From Auanema rhodensis (taxonomy: Eukaryota; Animalia; Nematoda): 64,000 bases of DNA. Below the pieces are notes generated by a model. It had not been told where the DNA came from. It saw only the letters and a program-made list of their open reading frames with translations, and did no database searches. The position numbers and the translations under genes were made by a program. Where the stretch lies: positions 13,082,001 through 13,146,000 of the forward strand of contig OZ059896.1 in the NCBI GenBank assembly GCA_964057225.1, written 5' to 3'. Shown piece by piece: positions 1 to 14,700 of the stretch. The stretch's first letter is position 1. Each line of letters begins with the position of its first letter.

Positions 1-3000
1 TAATATGGACATGGGGAATCTAATTTTGAAAACCGCATCTCTTTATCTTTAACGGGAAGCGAGTTATATATCATGTGCACATCACGTGTACAATTAATTC
101 GCATAAATTAAAGTTCACGTAAATTTCAAAGTCATGGTTACCATGCACCAATATGAATACAAATTTGTTATTAGACTAATATGGACATGAGGAATCTAAT
201 TTTGAGAACCGCATCTCTTTTATCTTTAACGGGAAGCGAGTTACATACCATGTGCACATCACGTGTACAATTAATTAGCATAAATTAAAGTTCACGTAAA
301 GTTCAAAGTCATGGTTACCATGCACCAATATCAATAAAAATTTGTTCTTAGACTAATATGGACATGGGTAATCTATTTTTGAAAACCGCATCTCTTTATC
401 TTTAACGGGAAGCGAGTTACATACCATGTGCACATCACGTGTACAATTAATTCGCATAAATTAAAGTTCACGTAAATTTCAAAGTCATGGTTACCATGCA
501 CCAATATCAATAAAACTTTGTTCTCAGACTAATATGGACATGGGTAATCTAATTTTGAGAACTGCATCTCTTTATCTTTCACGTAAAGCGAGTTACATAC
601 CAAGTGCAAATCACGTGTACAATTAATTAGCATAAATTAAAGTTCACGTAAATTTCAAAGTCATGGTTACCATGCACCAATATGAATACAAATTTGTTAT
701 TAGACTAATATGGACATGAGGAATCTAATTTTGAGAACCGCATCTCTTTTATCTTTAACGGGAAGCGAGTTACATACCATGTGCACATCACGTGTACAAT
801 TAATTAGCATAAATTAAAGTTCACGTAAAGTTCAAAGTCATGGTTACCATGAACCAATATCGATTAAAATTTGTTATTAGACTAATATGGACATGGGTAA
901 TCTAATTTTGAGAACTGCATCTATTTATCTTTCACGGGAAGCGAGTTACATACCATGTGCACATCACGTGTACAATTAATTAGCATATATTAAAGTTCAC
1001 GTAAATTTCAAAGTCATGGTTACCATGCACCAATGTGAATACAAATTTGTTATTAGACTAAAATGGACATGAGGAATCTAATTTTGAGAACCGCATCTCT
1101 TTATCTTTCACGTAAAGCGAGTTACATACCAAGTGCAAATCACGTGTACAATTAATTAGCATAAATTAAAGTTCACGTAAATTTCAAAGTCATGGTTACC
1201 ATGCACCAATGTGAATACAAATTTGTTATTAGACTAAAATGGACATGAGGAATCTAATTTTGAGAACCGCATCTCTTTATCTTTCACGTAAAGCGAGTTA
1301 CATACCAAGTGCAAATCACGTGTACAATTAATTAGCATAAATTAAAGTTCACGTAAATTTCAAAGTCATGGTTACCATGCACCAATATCAATAAAATTTT
1401 GTTCTTAGACTAATATGGACATGGGTAATCTAATTTTGAAAACCGTATTTCTTTATCTTTCACGGGAAGCGAGACATACCATGTGCACATCACGTGTACA
1501 ATTAATTAGCATAAATTAAAGTTCACGTAAATTTCAAAGTCATGGTTACCATGCACCAATATCAATAAAACTTTGTTCTCAGACTAATATGGACATGGGT
1601 AATCTAATTTTGAAAACCGCATTTCTTTGTCTTTCACGGGAAGCGAGTCACATACCATGTGCACATCACGTGTACAATTAATTAGCATAAATTAAAGTTC
1701 ACGTAAAGTTCAAAGTCATGGTTACCATGAACCAATATCGATTAAAATTTGTTATTAGACTAATATGGACATGGGTAATCTAATTTTGAGAACTGCATCT
1801 ATTTATCTTTCACGGGAAGCGAGTTACATACCATGTGCACATCACGTGTACAATTAATTAGCATATATTAAAGTTCACGTAAATTTCAAAGTCATGGTTA
1901 CCATGCACCAATGTGAATACAAATTTGTTATTAGACTAAAATGGACATGAGGAATCTAATTTTGAGAACCGCATCTCTTTATCTTTCACGTAAAGCAAGT
2001 TACATACCAAGTGCAAATCACGTGTACAATTAATTAGCATAAATTAAAGTTCACGTAAATTTCAAAGCCATGGTTACCATGCACCAATGTGAATACAAAT
2101 TTGTTATTAGACTAAAATGGACATGAGGAATCTAATTTTGAGAACCGCATCTCTTTATCTTTCACGTAAAGCGAGTTACATACCAAGTGCAAATCACGTG
2201 TACAATTAATTAGCATAAATTAAAGTTCACGTAAATTTCAAAGTCATGGTTACCATGCACCAATATCAATAAAACTTTGTTCTCAGACTAATATGGACAT
2301 GGGTAATCTAATTTTGAAAACCGCATCTCTTTATCTTTCACGGGAAGCGAGTCACATACCATGTGCACATCACGTGTACAATTAATTAGCATAAATTAAA
2401 GTTCACGTAAATTTCAAAGTCATGGTTACCATGCACCAATATCAATAAAAATTTGTTCTTAGATTAATATGGACATGGGTAATCTAATTTTGAAAACCGC
2501 ATTTCTTTGTCTTTCACGGGAAGCGAGTCACATACCATGTGCACATCACGTGTACAATTAATTAGCATAAATTAAAGTTCACGTAAAGTTCAAAGTCATG
2601 GTTACCATGCACCAATATCAATAAAAATTTGTTCTTAGACTAATATGGACATGGGTAATCTAATTTTGAAAACCGCATTTCTTTATCTTTCACGGGAAGC
2701 GAGTTACATACCATGTGCACATCACGTGTACAATTAATTAGCATAAATTAAAGTTCACGTTAATTTCAAAGTCATGGTTACCATGCACCAATATCAATAA
2801 AAATTTGTTCTTAGATTAATATGGACATGGGGAATCTAATTTTGAAAACCGCATCTCTTTATCTTTAACGGGAAGCGAGTTATATATCATGTGCACATCA
2901 CGTGTACAATTAATTCGCATAAATTAAAGTTCACGTAAATTTCAAAGTCATGGTTACCATGCACCAATATCAATAAAAATTTGTTCTTAGATTAATATGG

Positions 3001-6000
3001 ACATGGGTAATCTAATTTTGAAAACCGCATTTCTTTGTCTTTCACGGGAAGCGAGTCACATACCATGCACACATCACGTGTACAATTAATTAGCATAAAT
3101 TAAAGTTCACGTAAAGTTCAAAGTCATGGTTACCATGCACCAATATCAATAAAAATTTGTTCTTAGACTAATATGGACATGGGTAATCTAATTTTGAAAA
3201 CCGCATTTCTTTATCTTTCACGGGAAGCGAGTTACATACCATGTGCACATCACGTGTACAATTAATTAGCATAAATTAAAGTTCACGTTAATTTCAAAGT
3301 CATGGTTACCATGCACCAATATCAATAAAAATTTGTTCTTAGATTAATATGGACATGGGGAATCTAATTTTGAAAACCGCATCTCTTTATCTTTAACGGG
3401 AAGCGAGTTATATATCATGTGCACATCACGTGTACAATTAATTCGCATAAATTAAAGTTCACGTAAATTTCAAAGTCATGGTTACCATGCACCAATGTGA
3501 ATACAAATTTGTTATTAGACTAAAATGGACATGAGGAATCTAATTTTGAGAACCGCATCTCTTTATCTTTCACGTAAAGCGAGTTACATACCAAGTGCAC
3601 ATCACGTGTACAATTAATTAGCATAAATTAAAGTTCACGTAAATTTCAAAGTCATGGTTACCATGCACCAATATGAATACAAATTTGTTATTAGACTAAT
3701 ATGGACATGAGGAATCTAATTTTGAGAACCGCATCTCTTTTATCTTTAACGGGAAGCGAGTTACATACCATGTGCACATCACGTGTACAATTAATTAGCA
3801 TAAATTAAAGTTCACGTAAAGTTCAAAGTCATGGTTACCATGAACCAATATCGATTAAAATTTGTTATTAGACTAATATGGACATGGGTAATCTAATTTT
3901 GAGAACTGCATCTATTTATCTTTCACGGGAAGCGAGTTACATACCATGTGCACATCACGTGTACAATTAATTAGCATATATTAAAGTTCACGTAAATTTC
4001 AAAGTCATGGTTACCATGCACCAATGTGAATACAAATTTGTTATTAGACTAAAATGGACATGAGGAATCTAATTTTGAGAACCGCATCTCTTTATCTTTC
4101 ACGTAAAGCGAGTTACATACCAAGTGCAAATCACGTGTACAATTAATTAGCATAAATTAAAGTTCACGTAAATTTCAAAGTCATGGTTACCATGCACCAA
4201 TGTGAATACAAATTTGTTATTAGACTAAAATGGACATGAGGAATCTAATTTTGAGAACCGCATCTCTTTATCTTTCACGTAAAGCGAGTTACATACCAAG
4301 TGCAAATCACGTGTACAATTAATTAGCATAAATTAAAGTTCACGTAAATTTCAAAGTCATGGTTACCATGCACCAATATCAATAAAATTTTGTTCTTAGA
4401 CTAATATGGACATGGGTAATCTAATTTTGAAAACCGCATTTCTTTATCTTTCACGGGAAGCGAGACATACCATGTGCACATCACGTGTACAATTAATTAG
4501 CATAAATTAAAGTTCACGTAAATTTCAAAGTCATGGTTACCATGCACCAATATCAATAAAACTTTGTTCTCAGACTAATATGGACATGGGTAATCTAATT
4601 TTGAGAACTGCATGTATTTATCTTTCACGGGAAGCGAGTTACATACCATGTGCACATCACGTATACAATTAATTAGCATAAATTAAAGTTCACGTAAAGT
4701 TCAAAGTCATGGTTACCATGAACCAATATCGATTAAAATTTGTTATTAGACTAATATGGACATGGGTAATCTAATTTTGAGAACTGCATCTATTTATCTT
4801 TCACGGGAAGCGAGTTACATACCATGTGCACATCACGTGTACAATTAGTTAGCATATATTAAAGTTCACGTAAATTTCAAAGTCATGGTTACCATGCACC
4901 AATGTGAATACAAATTTGTTATTAGACTAAAATGGACATGAGGAATCTAATTTTGAGAACCGCATCTCTTTATCTTTCACGTAAAGCAAGTTACATACCA
5001 AGTGCAAATCACGTGTACAATTAATTAGCATAAATTAAAGTTCACGTAAATTTCAAAGTCATGGTTACCATGCACCAATATCAATAAAAATTTCTTATTA
5101 GACTAAAATGGACATGAGGAATCTAATTTTGAGAACCGCATTTCTTAATCTTTCACGTGAAGCGAGTTACATACCAAGTGCACATCACGTGTACATTTAA
5201 TTAGCATAAATTAAAGTTCACGTAAAGTTCAAAGTCTTGGTTACCATGCACCAATATCAATAAAACTTTGTTCTCAGACTAATATGGACATGGGTAATCT
5301 AATTTTGAAAACCGCATTTCTTTGTCTTTCACGGGAAGCGAGTTACATACCATGTGCACATCACGTATACAATTAATTAGCATAAATTAAAGTTCACGTA
5401 AAGTTCAAAGTCATGGTTACCATGAACCAATATCGATTAAAATTTGTTATTAGACTAATATGGACATGGGTAATCTAATTTTGAGAACTGCATCTATTTA
5501 TCTTTCACGGGAAGCGAGTTACATACCATGTGCACATCACGTATACAATTAATTAGCATAAATTAAAGTTCACGTAAAGTTCAAAGTCATGGTTACCATG
5601 AACCAATATCGATTAAAATTTGTTATTAGACTAATATGGACATGGGTAATCTAATTTTGAGAACTGCATCTATTTATCTTTCACGGGAAGCGAGTTACAT
5701 ACCATGTGCACATCACGTGTACAATTAATTAGCATATATTAAAGTTCACGTAAATTTCAAAGTCATGGTTACCATGCACCAATGTGAATACAAATTTGTT
5801 ATTAGACTAAAATGGACATGAGGAATCTAATTTTGAGAACCGCATCTCTTTATCTTTCACGTAAAGCAAGTTACATACCAAGTGCAAATCACGTGTACAA
5901 TTAATTAGCATAAATTAAAGTTCACGTAAATTTCAAAGTCATGGTTACCATGCACCAATATCAATAAAATTTTGTTCTTAGACTAATATGGACATGGGTA

Positions 6001-8799
6001 ATCTAATTTTGAAAACCGCATTTCTTTATCTTTCACGGGAAGCGAGACATACCATGTGCACATCACGTGTACAATTAATTAGCATAAATTAAAGTTCACG
6101 TAAATTTCAAAGTCATGGTTACCATGCACCAATATCAATAAAACTTTGTTCTCAGACTAATATAGACATGAGGAATCTAATTTTGAAAATCGCATCTCTT
6201 TATCTTTAACGGGAAGCGAGTTACATACCATGTGCACATCACGTGTACAATTAATTAGCATAAATTAAAGTTCACGTAAAATTCAAAGTCATGGTTACCA
6301 TGCACCAATATCGATTAAAATTTGTTATTAGACTAATATGGACATGGGTAATCTAATTTTGAAAACCGCATTTCTTTGTCTTTCACGGGAAGCGAGTCAC
6401 ATACCATGTGCACATCACGTGTACAATTAATTAGCATAAATTAAAGTTCACGTAAATTTCAAAGTCATGGTTACCATGCACCAATATCAATAAAAATTTG
6501 TTCTTAGACTAATATGGACATGGGTAATCTAATTTTGAGAACTGCATCTATTTATCTTTCACGGGAAGCGAGTTACATACCATGTGCACATCACGTGTAC
6601 AATTAATTAGCATAAATTAAAGTTCACGTAAAATTCAAAGTCATGGTTACCATGCACCAATATCAATAAAATTTTGTTCTTAGACTAATATGGACATGGG
6701 GAATCTAATTTTGAAAACCGCATCTCTTTATCTTTCACGTGAAGCGAGTTACATACCAAGTGCACATCACGTGTACATTTAATTAGCTTAATTAAAGTTC
6801 ACGTAAAGTTCAAAGTCATGGTTACCATGCACCAATATCAATAAAAATTTGTTCTTAGACTAATATGGACATGGGTAATCTAATTTTGAGAACTGCATCT
6901 ATTTATCTTTCACGGGAAGCGAGTTACATACCATGTGCACATCACGTGTACAATTAATTAGCATATATTAAAGTTCACGTAAATTTCAAAGTCATGGTTA
7001 CCATGCACCAATGTGAATACAAATTTGTTATTAGACTAAAATGGACATGAGGAATCTAATTTTGAGAACCGCATCTCTTTATCTTTCACGTAAAGCGAGT
7101 TACATACCAAGTGCACATCACGTGTACAATTAATTAGCATAAATTAAAGTTCACGTAAATTTCAGAGTCATGGTTACCATGCACCAATGTGAATACAAAT
7201 TTCTTATTAGACTAAAATGGACATGAGGAATCTAATTTTGAGAACCGCATTTCTTTATCTTTCACGGGAAGCGAGTTGCATACCATGTGCACATTACGTG
7301 TACATTCAATTAGCATAAATTAAAGTTCACGCAAATTTCAAAGTCATGGTTACCATGCACCAATATCAATAAAAATTTCTTATTAGACTAAAATGGACAT
7401 GAGGAATCTAATTTTGAGAACCGCATTTCTTAATCTTTCACGTGAAGCGAGTTACATACCAAGTGCACATCACGTGTACATTTAATTAGCATAAATTAAA
7501 GTTCACGTAAAGTTCAAAGTCTTGGTTACCATGCACCAATATCAATAAAAATTTGTTCTTAGACTAATATGGACATGGGTAATCTAATTTTGAAAACCGC
7601 ATCTCTTTATCTTTAACAGGAAGCGAGTTACATACCATGTGCACATCACGTGTACAATTAATTAGCATAAATTAAAGTTCACGTTAATTTCAAAGTCATG
7701 GTTACCATGCACCAATATCAATAAAAATTTGTTCTCAGACCAATATGGACATGGGTAATCTAATTTTGAAAACCGCATCTCTTTATCTTTAACGAGAAGC
7801 GAGTCACATACCATGTGCACATCACGTGTACATTCAATTAGCATAAATTAAAGTTCACGCAAATTTCAAAGTCATGGTTACCATGCACCAATATCAATAA
7901 AAATTTCTTATTAGACTAAAATGGACATGAGGAATCTAATTTTGAGAACCGCATTTCTTTATCTTTCACGGGAAGCGAGTTACATACCATGTGCACATTA
8001 CGTGTACAATTAATTAGCATAAATTAAAGTTCACGTAAACTTCAAAGTCATGGTTACCATGCACCAATATCAATAAAAATTTGTTCTCAGACTAATATGG
8101 ACATGGGTAATCTAATTTTGAGAACTGCATCTATTTATCTTTCACGGGAAGCGAGTTATATATCATGTGCACATCACGTGTACAATTAATTAGCTTAATT
8201 AAAGTTCACGTAAAGTTCAAAGTCTTGGTTACCATGCACCAATATCAATAAAAATTTGTACTTAGACTAATATGGACATGGGGAATCTAATTTTGAGAAC
8301 CGCATTTCTTAATCTTTCACGTGAAGCGAGTTACATACCAAGTGCACATCACGTGTACATTTAATTAGCTTAATTAAAGTTCACGTAAACTTCAAAGTCA
8401 TGGTTACCAGGCACCAATATCAATAAAAATTTGTTCTCAGACTAATATGGACATGGGTAATCTAATTTTGAGAACTGCATCTATTTATCTTTCACGGGAA
8501 GCGAGTTATATATCATGTGCACATCACGTGTACAATTAATTAGCTTAATTAAAGTTCACGTAAAGTTCAAAGTCATGGTTACCAGGCACCAATATCAATA
8601 AAAATTTGTTCTCAGACTAATATGGACATGGGGAATCTAATTTTGAGAACCGCATTTCTTAATCTTTCACGTGAAGCGAGTTACATACCAAGTGCACATC
8701 ACGTGTACATTTAATTAGCTTAATTAAAGTTCACGTAAACTTCAAAGTCATGGTTACCAGGCACCAATATCAATAAAAATTTGTTCTCAGACTAATATG

Positions 8800-11700
8800 G
8801 ACATGGGTAATCTAATTTTGAAAACCGCATCTCTTTATCTTTAACGAGAAGCGAGTCACATACCATGTGCACATCACGTGTACATTCAATTAGCATAAAT
8901 TAAAGTTCACGTAAAGTTCAAAGTCATGGTTACCATGCACCAATATCAATAAAACTTTGTTATTAGACTAAAATGGACATGAGGAATCTAATTTTGAGAA
9001 CCGCATCTCTTTATCTTTCACGGGAAGCGAGTCACATACCATGTGCACATCACGTGTACAATTAATTAGCATAAATTAAAGTTCACGTAAAGTTCAAAGT
9101 CATGGTTACCATGCACCAATATCAATAAAATTTTGTTCTTAGACTAATATGGACATGGGTAATCTAATTTTGAAAATCGCATTTCTTTATCTTTCACGGG
9201 AAGCGAGTTACATACCAAGTGCACATCACGTGTACAATTAATTAGCATAAATTAAAGTTCACGTAAAGTTCAAAGTCATGGTTACCATGCACCAATATCA
9301 ATAAAAATTCGTTCTTAGACTAATATGGACATGGGTAATCTATTTTTGAAAACCGCATCTCTTTATCTTTAACGGGAAGCGAGTTACATACCATGTGCAC
9401 ATCGCGTGTACAATTAATTAGCATAAATTAAAGTTCACGTAAAGTTCAAAGTCTTGGTTACCATGAACCAATATCGATTAAAATTTGTTATTAGACTAAT
9501 ATGGACATGGGTAATCTAATTTTGAGAACTGCATCTATTTATCTTTCACGGGAAGCGAGTTACATACCATGTGCACATCACGTGTACAATTAATTAGCAT
9601 ATATTAAAGTTCACGTAAATTTCAAAGTCATGGTTACCATGCACCAATGTGAATACAAATTTGTTATTAGACTAAAATGGACATGAGGAATCTAATTTTG
9701 AGAACCGCATCTCTTTATCTTTCACGTAAAGCGAGTTACATACCAAGTGCAAATCACGTGTACAATTAATTAGCATAAATTAAAGTTCACGTAAATTTCA
9801 AAGTCATGGTTACCATGCACCAATATCAATAAAATTTTGTTCTTAGACTAATATGGACATGGGTAATCTAATTTTGAAAACCGCATTTCTTTATCTTTCA
9901 CGGGAAGCGAGACATACCATGTGCACATCACGTGTACAATTAATTAGCATAAATTAAAGTTCACGTAAATTTCAAAGTCATGGTTACCATGCACCAATAT
10001 CAATAAAACTTTGTTCTCAGACTAATATGGACATGGGTAATCTAATTTTGAAAACCGCATCTCTTTATCTTTCACGGGAAGCGAGTCACATACCATGTGC
10101 ACATCACGTGTACAATTAATTAGCATAAATTAAAGTTCACGTAAATTTCAAAGTCATGGTTACCATGCACCAATATCGATAAAAATTTGTTCTTAGATTA
10201 ATATGGACATGGGTAATCTAATTTTGAAAACCGCATTTCTTTGTCTTTCACGGGAAGCGAGTCACATACCATGTGCACATCACGTGTACAATTAATTAGC
10301 ATAAATTAAAGTTCACGTAAAGTTCAAAGTCATGGTTACCATGCACCAATGTGAATACAAATTTGTTATTAGACTAAAATGGACATGGGGAATCTAATTT
10401 TGAGAACCGCATTTCTTAATCTTTCACGTGAAGCGAGTTACATACCAAGTGCACATCACGTGTACATTTAATTAGCTTAATTAAAGTTCACGTAAACTTC
10501 AAAGTCATGGTTACCAGGCACCAATATCAATAAAAATTTGTTCTCAGACTAATATGGACATGGGTAATCTAATTTTGAAAACCGCATTTCTTTGTCTTTC
10601 ACGGGAAGCGAGTCACATACCATGTGCACATCACGTGTACAATTAATTAGCTTAATTAAAGTTCACGTAAAGTTCAAAGTCTTGGTTACCATGCACCAAT
10701 ATCAATAAAAATTTGTACTTAGACTAATATGGACATGGGGAATCTAATTTTGAGAACCGCATTTCTTAATCTTTCACGTGAAGCGAGTTACATACCAAGT
10801 GCACATCACGTGTACATTTAATTAGCTTAATTAAAGTTCACGTAAACTTCAAAGTCATGGTTACCAGGCACCAATATCAATAAAAATTTGTTCTCAGACT
10901 AATATGGACATGGGTAATCTAATTTTGAGAACTGCATCTATTTATCTTTCACGGGAAGCGAGTTATATATCATGTGCACATCACGTGTACAATTAATTAG
11001 CTTAATTAAAGTTCACGTAAAGTTCAAAGTCTTGGTTACCATGCACCAATATCAATAAAAATTTGTACTTAGACTAATATGGACATGGGGAATCTAATTT
11101 TGGAAACCGCATCTCTTTATCTTTCACGGGAAGCGAGTTATATATCATGTGCACATCACGTGTACAATTAATTAGCTTAATTAAAGTTCACGTAAACTTC
11201 AAAGTCATGGTTACCAGGCACCAATATCAATAAAAATTTGTTCTCAGACTAATATGGACATGGGTAATCTAATTTTGAAAACCGCATCTCTTTATCTTTA
11301 ACGAGAAGCGAGTCACATACCATGTGCACATCACGTGTACATTCAATTAGCATAAATTAAAGTTCACGTAAAGTTCAAAGTCATGGTTACCATGCACCAA
11401 TATCAATAAAACTTTGTTATTAGACTAAAATGGACATGAGGAATCTAATTTTGAGAACCGCATCTCTTTATCTTTCACGGGAAGCGAGTCACATACCATG
11501 TGCACATCACGTGTACAATTAATTAGCATAAATTAAAGTTCACGTAAAGTTCAAAGTCATGGTTACCATGCACCAATATCAATAAAATTTTGTTCTTAGA
11601 CTAATATGGACATGGGTAATCTAATTTTGAAAATCGCATTTCTTTATCTTTCACGGGAAGCGAGTTACATACCAAGTGCACATCACGTGTACAATTAATT

Positions 11701-14700
11701 AGCATAAATTAAAGTTCACGTAAAGTTCAAAGTCATGGTTACCATGCACCAATATCAATAAAAATTCGTTCTTAGACTAATATGGACATGGGTAATCTAT
11801 TTTTGAAAACCGCATCTCTTTATCTTTAACGGGAAGCGAGTTACATACCATGTGCACATCGCGTGTACAATTAATTAGCATAAATTAAAGTTCACGTAAA
11901 GTTCAAAGTCTTGGTTACCATGAACCAATATCGATTAAAATTTGTTATTAGACTAATATGGACATGGGTAATCTAATTTTGAGAACTGCATCTATTTATC
12001 TTTCACGGGAAGCGAGTTACATACCATGTGCACATCACGTGTACAATTAATTAGCATATATTAAAGTTCACGTAAATTTCAAAGTCATGGTTACCATGCA
12101 CCAATGTGAATACAAATTTGTTATTAGACTAAAATGGACATGAGGAATCTAATTTTGAGAACCGCATCTCTTTATCTTTCACGTAAAGCGAGTTACATAC
12201 CAAGTGCAAATCACGTGTACAATTAATTAGCATAAATTAAAGTTCACGTAAATTTCAAAGTCATGGTTACCATGCACCAATATCAATAAAATTTTGTTCT
12301 TAGACTAATATGGACATGGGTAATCTAATTTTGAAAACCGCATTTCTTTATCTTTCACGGGAAGCGAGACATACCATGTGCACATCACGTGTACAATTAA
12401 TTAGCATAAATTAAAGTTCACGTAAATTTCAAAGTCATGGTTACCATGCACCAATATCAATAAAACTTTGTTCTCAGACTAATATGGACATGGGTAATCT
12501 AATTTTGAAAACCGCATCTCTTTATCTTTCACGGGAAGCGAGTCACATACCATGTGCACATCACGTGTACAATTAATTAGCATAAATTAAAGTTCACGTA
12601 AATTTCAAAGTCATGGTTACCATGCACCAATATCGATAAAAATTTGTTCTTAGATTAATATGGACATGGGTAATCTAATTTTGAAAACCGCATTTCTTTA
12701 TCTTTCACGGGAAGCGAGACATACCATGTGCACATCACGTGTACAATTAATTAGCATAAATTAAAGTTCACGTAAATTTCAAAGTCATGGTTACCATGCA
12801 CCAATATCAATAAAACTTTGTTCTCAGACTAATATGGACATGGGTAATCTAATTTTGAAAACCGCATCTCTTTATCTTTCACGGGAAGCGAGTCACATAC
12901 CATGTGCACATCACGTGTACAATTAATTAGCATAAATTAAAGTTCACGTAAATTTCAAAGTCATGGTTACCATGCACCAATATCGATAAAAATTTGTTCT
13001 TAGATTAATATGGACATGGGTAATCTAATTTTGAAAACCGCATTTCTTTGTCTTTCACGGGAAGCGAGTCACATACCATGTGCACATCACGTGTACAATT
13101 AATTAGCATAAATTAAAGTTCACGTAAAGTTCAAAGTCATGGTTACCATGCACCAATGTGAATACAAATTTGTTATTAGACTAAAATGGACATGGGGAAT
13201 CTAATTTTGAGAACCGCATTTCTTAATCTTTCACGTGAAGCGAGTTACATACCAAGTGCACATCACGTGTACATTTAATTAGCTTAATTAAAGTTCACGT
13301 AAACTTCAAAGTCATGGTTACCAGGCACCAATATCAATAAAAATTTGTTCTCAGACTAATATGGACATGGGTAATCTAATTTTGAAAACCGCATTTCTTT
13401 GTCTTTCACGGGAAGCGAGTCACATACCATGTGCACATCACGTGTACAATTAATTAGCTTAATTAAAGTTCACGTAAAGTTCAAAGTCTTGGTTACCATG
13501 CACCAATATCAATAAAAATTTGTACTTAGACTAATATGGACATGGGGAATCTAATTTTGAGAACCGCATTTCTTAATCTTTCACGTGAAGCGAGTTACAT
13601 ACCAAGTGCACATCACGTGTACATTTAATTAGCTTAATTAAAGTTCACGTAAACTTCAAAGTCATGGTTACCAGGCACCAATATCAATAAAAATTTGTTC
13701 TCAGACTAATATGGACATGGGTAATCTAATTTTGAGAACTGCATCTATTTATCTTTCACGGGAAGCGAGTTATATATCATGTGCACATCACGTGTACAAT
13801 TAATTAGCTTAATTAAAGTTCACGTAAAGTTCAAAGTCTTGGTTACCATGCACCAATATCAATAAAAATTTGTACTTAGACTAATATGGACATGGGTAAT
13901 CTAATTTTGAAAATCGCATTTCTTTATCTTTCACGGGAAGCGAGTTACATACCAAGTGCACATCACGTGTACAATTAATTAGCATAAATTAAAGTTCACG
14001 TAAAGTTCAAAGTCATGGTTACCATGCACCAATATCAATAAAAATTCGTTCTTAGACTAATATGGACATGGGTAATCTAATTTTGAGAACTGCATCTATT
14101 TATCTTTCACGGGAAGCGAGTTATATATCATGTGCACATCACGTGTACAATTAATTAGCTTAATTAAAGTTCACGTAAACTTCAAAGTCATGGTTACCAG
14201 GCACCAATATCAATAAAAATTTGTTCTCAGACTAATATGGACATGGGTAATCTAATTTTGAGAACTGCATCTATTTATCTTTCACGGGAAGCGAGTTATA
14301 TATCATGTGCACATCACGTGTACATTTAATTAGCTTAATTAAAGTTCACGTAAACTTCAAAGTCATGGTTACCAGGCACCAATATCAATAAAAATTTGTT
14401 CTCAGACTAATATGGACATGGGTAATCTAATTTTGAGAACTGCATCTATTTATCTTTCACGGGAAGCGAGTTATATATCATGTGCACATCACGTGTACAA
14501 TTAATTAGCTTAATTAAAGTTCACGTAAAGTTCAAAGTCTTGGTTACCATGCACCAATATCAATAAAATTTTGTTCTTAGACTAATATGGACATGGGTAA
14601 TCTAATTTTGAAAATCGCATTTCTTTATCTTTCACGGGAAGCGAGTTACATACCAAGTGCACATCACGTGTACAATTAATTAGCATAAATTAAAGTTCAC

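Noticed and set aside
7662-7844. 60-aa ORF on -
   Set aside because: Chance reading of one satellite monomer in which point variants removed stops.
9401-9410. CACGTG-destroying variants (CGCGTG, TACGTG, CACGTA) as escape from LINE targeting
   Set aside because: Minority variants explained by ordinary mutation plus HOR amplification; no evidence of selection from this window.
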